Source of the DNA: Tubiluchus corallicola
Taxonomy: Eukaryota > Animalia > Priapulida
Reading direction: 5' to 3'
Assembly: GCA_030141605.1 (NCBI GenBank)
Contig: JAQGDQ010000081.1
Span: forward strand, 186,001-250,000
DNA length: 64,000 nt
The notes beneath the pieces are model-generated. The model was given only the letters and a program-made list of their open reading frames with translations, had not been told where the DNA came from and searched no databases. Position numbers and translations under genes: made by a program. Every line of letters starts with the position of its first letter. Within the stretch, counting starts at the first letter, position 1. Below, one piece after another: positions 26,301 to 36,250 of this stretch.

Positions 26301-29300
26301 AGTTTAATGAATTGTTTCAAGATTGCAGACATTGGATATTCCGTGTGTTTAGTGGTTGCGACAGCTGATACCAATTTTGTTTTACCTCATCTGACACATC
26401 AAAATCCTGTTTTCTTGTATCATCGACTAGACCTGTTGCCTAATGAGCTTGAAGATATTGGTTGCCACTATTATAACAGAGTTGCAACTAAAGGTAGGCA
26501 TTTAAACTCGTGTTTAAACCATCCAATGTAGTTCATTGAGCTACTGTACGAGATTTAAATATTTTAAAGTACCTTTCAAATTAAAAGAAAATCTTAGCTG
26601 TATTATCTTAGTTTTATTTACGTTGTGCAACAGTTTGAATATCATTGTTTCTATGATCTATATGTTTGCTTTTGCTTGTCTTTCACAAAATGTAACGGTT
26701 ATAAATTTATATGCAGACAAATCAACAGTTAAGTTTGCAGCCAGCGCATTTACTGATGAGTTTAGTTACCTGGAAGCACCTGAGAAGGAAGCTGTTATTC
26801 GTCGTTACACACATTACATGAATGATAAAACGGGTCTTGTCCAAAATCCTGGTTTTAAGGTATCTGCATAAAGTACGAATATGTGCATGTTTTTTATTTT
26901 TTTCACTACTTATCTGCATGTTAGTAATTACTATCACAGACAAAATGAATGCTTATTGGTAATGGGAAAGTGAATCATTAAAATAAAAATAACACCCAGC
27001 ATTCTTAAACAAAGACAGCATTTATTCAGACATGTTGTGTCTGAATAAAAGCTATGTCTTTACTTAAGTAGGTTGTGCCTGTCATTTTTATTTTAAGAAA
27101 TTCTTAATTGGTTTCCTTCATACACTTATGGGCCACTATTATTCTGAAGATAACCAAAATCACCTTAGATGTTTTTTGTTGTCCCTGTTACTTTTTTGTT
27201 AAATTCAATATTTGGGCTAATGTATTTCTTCCAGAATTGTAGCCCAAATGCTGAAGCCCTGAGTCCAAGTCCCAGTAAAGTTTCTAGAGTTTGTTGTTTC
27301 CTTGTTTTGCCCTATTGGAACGATATCTTAAATACAAATATAATGAATTATAATGCACTGTTTGCACAGTAGGGCTGTGTAGACGCCATTTATTAAACTC
27401 AAGGTTAAACAATGCATGTGTGAACAGTGAATCTGTCACCATCTTGTCCACTGCAATTAACTATTAACTTTGTTGTTTCTCTAAGCTAAACTTAATCAGT
27501 TGCTTAGCGGTTTGCTTTTGAAGCTCCCGTTGCTTTTCACAGGGGCACCATCATCAGGTTTCACAGATCATCACCATACCAGCTCAAGCACATCAAGCAT
27601 GAGGTGTTTTGCATCAATATGTGCAGCATACAGCAACAGATTTACAATGTTTTTATCAGCATGAGAATTTTGTAAACCAGTTTCTTCGTGATGAAATGAA
27701 GCAACAGATCTTGCATAAATTTTCACAATTTTTAGTGTAAATAAACAGATTTGTGCAATTTTTTATTTTATTTTATATTTCACTTATACAAATTTGTATT
27801 CGTAAATAATTGCAACATATTGTTAAGTAACTGGATATAGGAATTTTAACATTATTTCATTTCTAAAATTCATTTAAAGCCCTTGAAGTGCATGCTAAGC
27901 TGATGAGTGATGACCTATACTTCTATATTCCGTCGGATAATAGATTCAGTGGGTTAATTGGATTTAAACACTCCAAAAGTGAGTCTATTAGGCAGTGCCT
28001 ACTGTGTTTGATAAAACATGATTTGTTCATTATTTTTATTTCATATGATTATAAATTAAATCTTTTTTAATTGTAGGATGGAGTACGTGATGAAGTCATA
28101 TTCACTTCTAAAGTTAATGATTATTGGACTGCTTCTGAAGCTTTTTCTGCCAAAATTGCTTGGAGATACATTGGCACATACAAGGGAGTATTTAGAATTC
28201 TTCCTGGCGTTGTGTTAGACAAGCCCTATGACCCTGTCATTCGACCATGGTATGTGTTATGTTTCTTTGCTACATGTCATAGCAGACATGCCAACACTCA
28301 CACATTAAGCGTGTGTCACATGCATTTTAAATATTTCACATGCATCAAAGTTCACTTCTCAGGTATTCCAAACTTCACGCAAATTTGCAAATCAGCTGGC
28401 TTCTTTTGCTGTCAGTTGTATGAACCCCAACACAATTAGTAGTACTACTGTTAATCATACAGTAGTGTTTATGAGTCGCACAATGTGTATTACAATAAAA
28501 GGTATTACAGTTATTGAAAATTAACCTCTTTTGCGTGCTATTGAGCTTTTTTCATGTGTACAAAACAACATATTTATATATAAAATACAGTAAACAGCAA
28601 TAGCAGCATAAGAAAGTTCACTAATGTGCAACAATTACACTAACTTTTTCTTTAATTTTTTAATAAATAATAATAATAATTATAAAATATGAGCATATGT
28701 AATTATTATGTATACTTACTATATTATAATTGACTTACCTTACTTCAAAATTAAGATTTCTTGAGTTGCAAGTGCAAGTAGTAAGTAAATATGTCAAATT
28801 AATATGGTTGGGACGAGGTACCAGGAAGCCATGTGTCGATGGAGCACTGAAGTGGACCTAAATTGCTTAGCTGGCTGAACACTATAATTAAAAAGAATTA
28901 TGTGTTTGGAATACTCTCCTGTAAATTTATTTAATAATAAATTCAGAAATTCAGTCTTGGACAAATTTTTCCTGCATGTTAAATCAAACTGACAAATTAG
29001 CACATGTTTTTGTAAAGTTTTTTTAGTAGCACCTCTTTTAGATGCACCAATAAAATTTTGAACTAAATATGGCATTCGTGCCTGGTGGCTTTCTCCCTTC
29101 CTAAAACATTGGCTAATCATATTTATTTGTAAGATTTTATTGTATATGTGCAATTGTATATTTGGATTGAATAAATCTAATCTAAATTAAACACAATAAC
29201 ATTTTGATCATAATTAAGTTATGCATTTCCAGACAACAGGGTACTGATTTTGTGCTGTAAATTCATGGAATTGATGTTGAATGGAAGTTTGTAAAGTTTC

Positions 29301-32300
29301 TGACAATTTGTTTTTTTATAGGTTTAAACGTTCAGTTAGTCGTCCTGAGAAACTGACTATTTCGACACCTTATGAGGATGCAAATGGAGCCGGATACGTT
29401 ATAACACTAAGCAAAGCCTTAAAACAGGTTACAGTTATGTTTATTATATTGGCTGCAATTCTAGACAAATGAAAATAAGAAAACGTTTATTCTATGCTCC
29501 ATGTCATTGTTATTATGTATATAAACAAATTAAAGAAGCTGACTAAAACTAAACTTAATGTTAAGTTAAAATGTGTGACATGAGATCCTTAATGTTTACA
29601 GTTGCTTCATTAGTTTTGTAGGTTCATACAAATATTGATTTCTGGTAAAGTAATTGTGACAACTAGTCTAGAACGCAAAACATTGAGTTACTCACTTACC
29701 GCATGCGTGCACTGCACACACATGTGCATTCTGCTAGCATGCATTTGTAAAATGTACAAATTTTAGTAACATGCACTACACAACTGCCTGAACACATCAT
29801 TTAGAACACCATTAACTGTTGTCATGGAATATATTTTTTCATGAAAGTTAAGGATATTCATTGTTTGCATTATGATAAGTAAGAGTAAGCGAATAACAAG
29901 TTTTGTTTATATGAGTAACAATAACAATATTAGGACAACGAGAACAGTATTACGATAAAACAAGCTTCTTTGTAGAGTTACTTTGCACATGACTAACATA
30001 AAAACATTAAGCTTCTTTGTTATTTGTTGTTTTTGGCAAATTTTAGGAACTAATTTTGTAGCACTAAATGCAAAAACAGCTTCTTGCAAAGTTACCTTGA
30101 AGGCATGTGTCAAGCTAGAGTTTTTGCAGATACAGTAGTTGCTTTTTTGCTAAATGCTAAACGGTGTTTTCACTTACCCTGTGTACTTGTAGAGTAAAGG
30201 GAGACATGGTGGAATATTAGCTGTAATGGGTGCTGATTATACACTAGCTAACTTCTTTGAACACGTCTTCAAAGGAATCTGCGAAGTGCAAACAGGCAGT
30301 GATATCAGGTACTTCGTCTTGATTTTCTGAATGGCAGTTTGTGATTTTGTATAAAGTATACAATTTTTCAGTAATATATTGCCACTACATTCAGAAATAT
30401 AATTTTTGTGATAATAAATCGTTTTCTTAATTGATAATAATTATATTTTTCTTTAAACAGTTGTTTTGTAGTAGATGATAGTGGATTTCTCGTGGCTCAT
30501 CCCGATTTCTGGAATGAAAAAACTGGTTGCAGTGCAGCTGTTGAAAATGTCCATATTACAGGAAAAGTAAAAACATTTGGTTTTACCATAATGTTAAAAA
30601 TGTTGTTAATCTGTTTCAATATGTATTTGTTGCAAACTTTAATAGCAGTATGTATAGTTTAACTAGTTTAATATGATTTAGTAAACATATTGATCTAATA
30701 ATGATGATGGTGATGATGACAATGATGGTAACAATGATAATGATTACCATTATGATGATTGTAATAATGATGACAACGATAAAAATAGTGGTAAAGATAT
30801 AAACTAAAACTTTTATTTTTTTAGGTAAATCTGTTTCCCATTACATATGAGCTGATAAAGAAAGGATACCTAAAGAGGGAAGCCTGTACAAACTTTCAAA
30901 CTTTTAGCTATCAGTATTATTGGAGGGTAATCTTATCGGTTTTCTTACCTAAGATCTAAGTCATTGTACCATAATTAAGCATGGGTTTAACCCGCAAATC
31001 TCAATAACTTGTCAATTTGCCATGTTTTATAATAGCACATTAAATAAACCACATTGTACACATAGGCTGTACAATGTGTACATCATGTTTGGAACAATGA
31101 GTCCCAATGCCAGTGATTTTTATCTTAAATTGTCAGAAATTCACCAAATTTAACTCTTCGTAAAAGTAGTGTGATTAATTGTTTCCAAAAACCTATACTG
31201 GAAGGAGATCAATTTGATTGATAACTGTTACTGTGAAATTGTGAACCATGCATGCCTGTTGTAGTGAAATAGTGTGAACAGTGAATCCCTATCATAGTGA
31301 AATAGTGTGAATGATGTTTGTGAACCATGCAGCGCTATCACAGTGAAGTAGTGTGAACCGTGCATCACTATCGTACTGAAGTTGTGTGAACCATGAATCA
31401 CTATTGTACTGACGGAGTGTGAACCATGTACAATTATCATAGTGAAGTAGTGTGAACTATGCATCCCTGTTATAGTGAAGTAGTGGGAACCATGCACCCC
31501 TGTTGTAGTGAAGTAGTGTGAACCATGCAGCACTATTACAGTGAAGTAGTGTCACTGTGCACCCCTGCCATAGTATAGCAATGTGAAATGTGCATCCTAT
31601 TTGTAGTGAAGTAGTGTATATTACAGTTCCTCTATATTCAGTAACACATGAATTAATAGAATTTACTCATTTTAGTATAATTATTATAGATGAAGTTTTA
31701 TTAAAGTTTTTAAGTTGTAAATTAGAATCAGCAGTCGCCTTGTCTCTGTATCGCATCGAACAGTAATTCGATCACCGTTTTTGCTAACTTCACTAGATTT
31801 TGAACAATATTTTTGTCTGGGGATCAGCAAAAGCATTGTCCTGTGTCAAATTTCAAAATAATTTATTGGTTTAACGTATATCATAATCACATTAGTTTTG
31901 AAATACAATACATAGTCAGTAAAGTAAAAAAATAATTATGTGAACTGTTATTAAAAAAGATAATGAAGGGAGACTTAAGAAGCCATGGCTTATGGCAGGT
32001 CACCCATAAGTGTTTTTAATAACAATGCTGGTAAAAGATTAATATGGTGTTTGTACATGGAGATTGCAGTCTGAAAGTTATTTATATCCACAAGGCACAA
32101 TTATTTTGTGCTTTGAAAAGGGGCATCGTGTGGTCAGTATATCCTGAAAATGTTATTGCTCTAACTGCTTTTTTCTGTAATATTTCAATTTTTTCTAATC
32201 TAGATGTATATGTACTACCCCACGCTACATTTGAGTAACTTAAGTATAGGAGTATTAGCAAACAGTATAGTAAAGGAAGTACATTGGAAGAAAGAGCATC

Positions 32301-35300
32301 TCGTACCCTATATATAATACTCAAGTGTTTTTTAAATTTTTTAAATGTTCTTTCCACATTAAGTGTGCATCTTTGCTTGTGCCAAGGAATTAGTATGTGT
32401 AACCTGTTTTATAGCCGAACCCTCTACAGACATGTATTTTGGGGACTTGTATGATTATAATTATAATGAAACACATATATTTTCAGTACTCAGTTATTCT
32501 GTTTTGTTTGAGATCGCATCATCAACAGTTCTATGATGACTTGTTTACCATGTTTAATTTTACTGTGCGCCATGTTACTTTACCAATCACCTGTTTTGAT
32601 TAACTCTTTACCATTGTATAGCATTTTGTGGTTCCTTCTAATTATGCTGAAAAGATGTTTTGGTTTTTGAAGTCAGTTACTTCAATGTGTGCCGCATTTT
32701 TACACAAACATTTTTTTTTATTTTGCCAGTTGTATATTCATAAAGCAGTGCAGTTAGAGACGGACTGCTTTAGCTCCTATTTCCAACCTGTTCATAATAC
32801 AAATGTTTACATAGCTGTTGTTTTGTGGAAACACTCAGATGGATGCTTGCCTCAAACTTCTTGCTCAGCATGTGATTTGCAGCAGACAGTGAGTAAATCT
32901 GCTAGAACCATAATTTTCAATATATAGACTGGTACTAACTGCTACATGCTTCATTACTTGTTTGGCAAAAGTACAGATAATCTCTGATGGTATATAAAGA
33001 CAGCTTGTTTCTTTATCATATTATAGCGTACGTTATACATTGCACATTAGTTAAATTTTACGTCCACTATTGGTCGTTTCTATGAGTGAAAGTCTAGTTT
33101 TATTTGTACATTTTGCTTCTTGGCATTATTATCATTAATTATGATTTTCTTTGCCTTTAAACAAAGATTTAATTGAACTAAAATGATTTAGTATAGACAT
33201 ACTAACATAAATAAAACGCATCTGATGACCAGTCCCACAAGAAATGTCAAATATCATCATTAAATTAAATGTTTAGCACCTTTTTAAGTCACCTTTTTAG
33301 CTGTTTTTATTCATGTTAAATTGTTTTTATTCATGTTAAAACTAAGTTTTAATTTGTTTATATTTTGTCATTTAGCCGAAGTGCAATTATACTGAGTTGG
33401 ATGCTTGTGAATGTCCTTGTGTAAGTCCTACTCGGTACAAGTACTGTGAAGATGATTTCGTTTTATTAAGGTGTGTATAGTTTGTCGAGAAATTTGCTTT
33501 ATTCAGCCTTTAAACAGACAGCAATTATCTTTTATAATTAGAGATATATCAAAAGGTTAGGCAGTCAGATTAACCATGTCTGGGCCTTACCAATGTGATT
33601 TAAAGAAGCCAGACAAATTTTTACATAGGAGTAGCAGCCCCTACCCTTCCCCTCATAAATGTACAGGACTAGTTTTTGAAAAAAAACACCTGAAACACTT
33701 GGTCAGAACTGATTCTATACCAGAGCTACTATTAATTGGTTTACTAAAAATTTTCTCATTAGTCGATAAGTTATTTCTTTTTAATAATAATTCACTGCGA
33801 ATAAAACTCTAAACAGTGTATGCGAGAGCCAGTTTTAATGTTTGTGGGTAATTACGCCTAATTAGTTTTTAAGGCTATACTGCAACATTCCATGAGAGTC
33901 ATGAAGTCAATTTACAGAACTACAAGGGTTTATAAAGCTCTGTTGCAAAAAAGTATTTCTCTGCAATAATTTACCCTCATTTTAGCCTCATTGTGTCACT
34001 GCTTGAATTTTAAGTTTTCTTCCAGTGGAAGTCATCTTCAGGTTGGCTTGTGAAGGACTACCCACCTTCACTTCAGAATTGTAGGTGAATTAGTAATTCA
34101 TAGGCATAAAGTGGAAACATTACTTTTTGATATTTCTCAAGCGTAAATATTCCTGTAAAGAGTTTCCAATCTTAAAGGGAGATTAATGTTTTTGTTAATG
34201 TTAAATCATTTGTGAAATGCTTTTTTAAATTACAATCCCACTGAATTAAAGTAATGCTGCTTTATTAACATCTAGCGAAACACAGGCCTATATTGTTTCA
34301 GATTTTTAACAGTTTGTGTTATTTTAGTGATGATTGGCCAACGTGCGTCCCAGATCCGCCCACGTATCAGACGGGATTTGAAGGAATGCAAGTTGATCAT
34401 TTGAGGGAGTGTTTCCCTTCGTTATGTTACAGCTACATGACTGAATTAGACTGCATCTCATTTGGTTGTGAATGGTTATGTGATATTGGCACTTGTGTTG
34501 CTGCTGATACATGTAGGCCTAGATACTCCTGTAAGCATTTATATAAAAATGTATTCCTATTTGTCATAAGCGATAGTTATGCATTAAACAGGTTTCTCAT
34601 ATAATATATTATATTATAACCATTTTAGCAATTACCTGTTATTTTTTTTTATTAAGAACGCTTACTGCCTAACATATATAATAGGTTGAGAATGATTACT
34701 ATTTGCTTGCAGTAGTCACACCAGTTCTATATTAACAAAGCCAGACTTAAACATAGTCTTATGAACTGTAATGGTTTCGTATTAAGCAAACAAATTTTTT
34801 GTGTAGGTTCTAGTCAGTCAAGCTCAAGCAAAAGTAAGTAAATTATGTAACTGTTAATTTTACACTGATATTAAATGACTATCATAATTTCTCTTTTAGT
34901 GTATACAGTGGCAGTCCGATAATTGTATAGTGGTTTAGTTAATTTAAAAAAGCTCATTACAAAACAAAATTGAAAATTATAGTGAACACATGTAGTTTTC
35001 TAATGCACATGATGAGGAAAATTAACAAAACGTATCATCACATTGAAACTTTTAATTTTGTTTAGATTTAAAGCTGGCGTATATTGGTTTTCCTATTGTC
35101 GTCGTTGCTGTCTTAGCAATAACTATTGCAATCGTCGTTAAATGGAAGGGTCGATCAAAAGAGGCAGCGCAAAATCTAGCAAATGAACAGCAGACTGCGA
35201 TATCTGTGATGTATTCCAATGAATCAAACCAACAGTATGATAATCGTGCAGTGGATTTTTTACACGAGTCTGACAATGTGCGACACACTTCTCTGCAACC

Positions 35301-35358
35301 TCCCATTTATGACTCCAAAACTTATGACTGGTTAAGGCCCCCTCCTTATGCACCTTGA
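16106..35358 (+). CDS. CACHD1: VWA and Cache domain-containing protein (CACHD1 / alpha2delta-like), single-pass type I membrane protein, 1184 aa
   Basis: 22 exons: 16106-16372, 16828-16890, 17269-17451, 18038-18252, 19154-19313, 19834-20059, 20604-20735, 21135-21362, 22490-22670, 24215-24419, 26322-26493, 26717-26859, 28077-28249, 29322-29427, 30193-30308, 30461-30566, 30825-30926, 32730-32888, 33376-33470, 34328-34530, 34807-34833, 35066-35358 (3555 nt, all GT-AG, in frame). Motifs [34 protein letters not shown]...[82 protein letters not shown] and a ~72-aa cytoplasmic tail. The family call is secure; strict orthology to CACHD1 versus an invertebrate paralog is not. An in-frame ATG at 16018 (spliced to 16089) could add 7 aa. 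Confidence 0.88.
17925..17999. repeat. (ATT)n/(GTT)n microsatellite
   Basis: Trinucleotide run in a CACHD1-like intron; source of the poly-Ile ORF at 17860-18141. Confidence 0.95.
18361..18781. mobile_element. MITE family A, copy 1 (~420 bp, ~27-bp TIRs)
   Basis: Left gccatccacatataatgatataagttt (18361-18387) vs reverse complement of 18754-18781 gccatccacatataacgatatgaagttt. The body is clearly homologous to 37753-38155 (shared caacaacatcacttgtgtta, aaaccatcagtggattctactggcatc, gaagtcagataacgatatcatgactaaat). Confidence 0.88.
18819..19136 (-). mobile_element. tRNA-derived SINE with (ATT)n tail
   Basis: Minus strand: A-box tagccttgtggtaa (19118-19131), B-box gagttcgata (19080-19089), body caaagactttaaaaatggtacctgctg..., then aataaag followed by a pure (ATT)n tail (plus-strand (AAT)n at 18819-18893). 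Confidence 0.8.
20268..20346. repeat. (CT)n microsatellite
   Basis: Pure CT run; source of the SLSLSL ORFs at 20100-20444 and 20185-20370. Confidence 0.98.
21664..21992. mobile_element. Degenerate MITE (CAGGGGCGTAG-type terminus)
   Basis: Right end ctacgcccctg; left end G-rich gggggagcaaggggagcaaccgctccccc internal inverted repeat, typical of small hAT-like MITEs. Confidence 0.45.
24570..25470. mobile_element. MITE family B, copy 1, interrupted by a nested insertion
   Basis: Starts cagacctgctaactctcatgcattaggcgtgtg and ends gattggcaactctg (imperfect inverted termini); 25020-25380 is homologous to 28316-28660. Confidence 0.75.
24603..25011. mobile_element. Nested hAT-like MITE inside family B copy 1
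   Basis: Absent from the sister copy at 28283; flanked by degenerate 8-bp duplication ggcgtgtg (24595-24602) / ggctggtg (25012-25019); subterminal palindrome ctaggctatagcctag. Confidence 0.65.
26993..27077. repeat. Intronic inverted repeat / hairpin
   Basis: Perfect 12-bp stem tttattcagaca / tgtctgaataaa with a 5-nt loop, extended by agc/gct, aaagac/gtcttt and cttaa/ttaag pairings. Confidence 0.8.
28283..28660. mobile_element. MITE family B, copy 2 (uninterrupted, right end truncated)
   Basis: cagacatgccaacactcacacattaagcgtgtg...ttctcaggtattcca...tttgcaaatcagctggctt...atacagtagtgtt...attacagttattgaa is shared with 24570-24602 plus 25020-25380. Confidence 0.78.
28790..29190 (+). mobile_element. 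Possible LINE (CR1/L2-like) 3'-end relic
   Basis: Degenerate WNTL codons near 28907, a GC-richer stem-like block near 29070-29102 and a terminal aataaatctaatctaaat tail; no intact ORF. Confidence 0.3.
30698..30781. repeat. Degenerate (GAT)n microsatellite
   Basis: atgatgatggtgatgatgacaatgatggtaacaatgataatgat... Confidence 0.85.
31231..31620. repeat. 33-bp minisatellite, about 12 copies
   Basis: Consensus ~rtagtgaagtagtgtgaaccatgcatcmctrtt repeated in tandem within a CACHD1-like intron; gives the HGSHYFT-repeat ORF at 31228-31533 on the minus strand. Confidence 0.95.
31940..32360 (-). mobile_element. LINE (CR1/L2/Crack-like) ORF2 C-terminal relic with 3' UTR
   Basis: Translation [11 protein letters not shown]...[54 protein letters not shown] matches the conserved post-RT motif (LYxxLIxPYLxYxxxxWG...LQKRAxRxI...HTxPLF); 5'-truncated and frameshifted. 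Confidence 0.85.
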
Positions 35359-35735
35359 CTTCAGAACGTTGGAAGTGTTGTTCTGTTTCTAGAGTTCAGT
35401 GAAGCCTGAAGTATTGTTAAGGTGATCTTATCTCATAAAATCTTGATCTTAAGTGTAAGCATAAGTATCTTTATTTATCATCTTTTTGCAGGAAGAAAAA
35501 CATAGTTCATGAAGCAATATTATGATGCGACGTAACAGAATTATCACGATAAATAGATTTATCTGAGATATGGTATTAAACTGATTGATGAAAGGGTGGC
35601 AAAGAACTAAAAGTTATCAAAGTCAACCACCCTGTAGGTAATGTTGCTAATTATGTGCGCAATTATCAAGATGAAATTTTCAGAATTAGGTGTGATAAAT
35701 GTTTACATATGGAGCATTACCAAGTTACTTAAGTA

Positions 35736-35741
35736 AATAAA
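35736..35741 (+). terminator. Candidate polyadenylation signal of the CACHD1-like gene
   Basis: First AATAAA I found downstream of the stop at 35358. Confidence 0.4.
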
Positions 35742-35869
35742 TCATTGGTTAGTGTACTAAGATGGAACTTATGAAATTTAGGTTTAAATTTTATACATAC
35801 ATATCAAGCTCATAAAGACATAATAAGTACATATAATGTTGACATGGTAAGCCTATACTAACTACATAT

Positions 35870-36250
35870 GCGCATACATATACAATCGTAGGATGCTCAT
35901 CCACGTGGACACACGCACGCACACACACACACACACATGCATGTACAATATATTAAAAATATATATACATATATACACATACATAGAGATGTGTAGATAT
36001 TAGGTAGAGAGAAAGGCCTTACCTCTCGACTTTCATTTACATGATAGTACTGCATATAGCATTTCAAATATGGTATCTAGATTGTCATAAAGCCTCTATC
36101 TGCTGTAAAATTACATTATTATATAGTACTAATGGCTACACACACACATATATAAATATACACATACATACATACACACATACATATACATATATTATAT
36201 ATATAAATATACACACACACACACACACCCACCCCCACATACGCACACAA
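35870..36250. repeat. Compound (CA)n/(TA)n low-complexity region
   Basis: Mixed cacaca/tatata/cataca tracts between the convergent CACHD1-like and RABGAP1 genes. Confidence 0.85.

Noticed and set aside
26860-26869. U12-type intron donor (GTATCTGCAT)
   Set aside because: It departs from the GTATCCTT consensus and I found no TCCTTAAC branch site before the 28077 acceptor.
35356-35409. Stop-codon readthrough or selenocysteine at TGA-C stops (CACHD1-like, and SNX29 at 2861)
   Set aside because: The context is not the strong TGA-CTAG motif, the extensions are only 16 and 12 codons, and no SECIS-like element was recognised.
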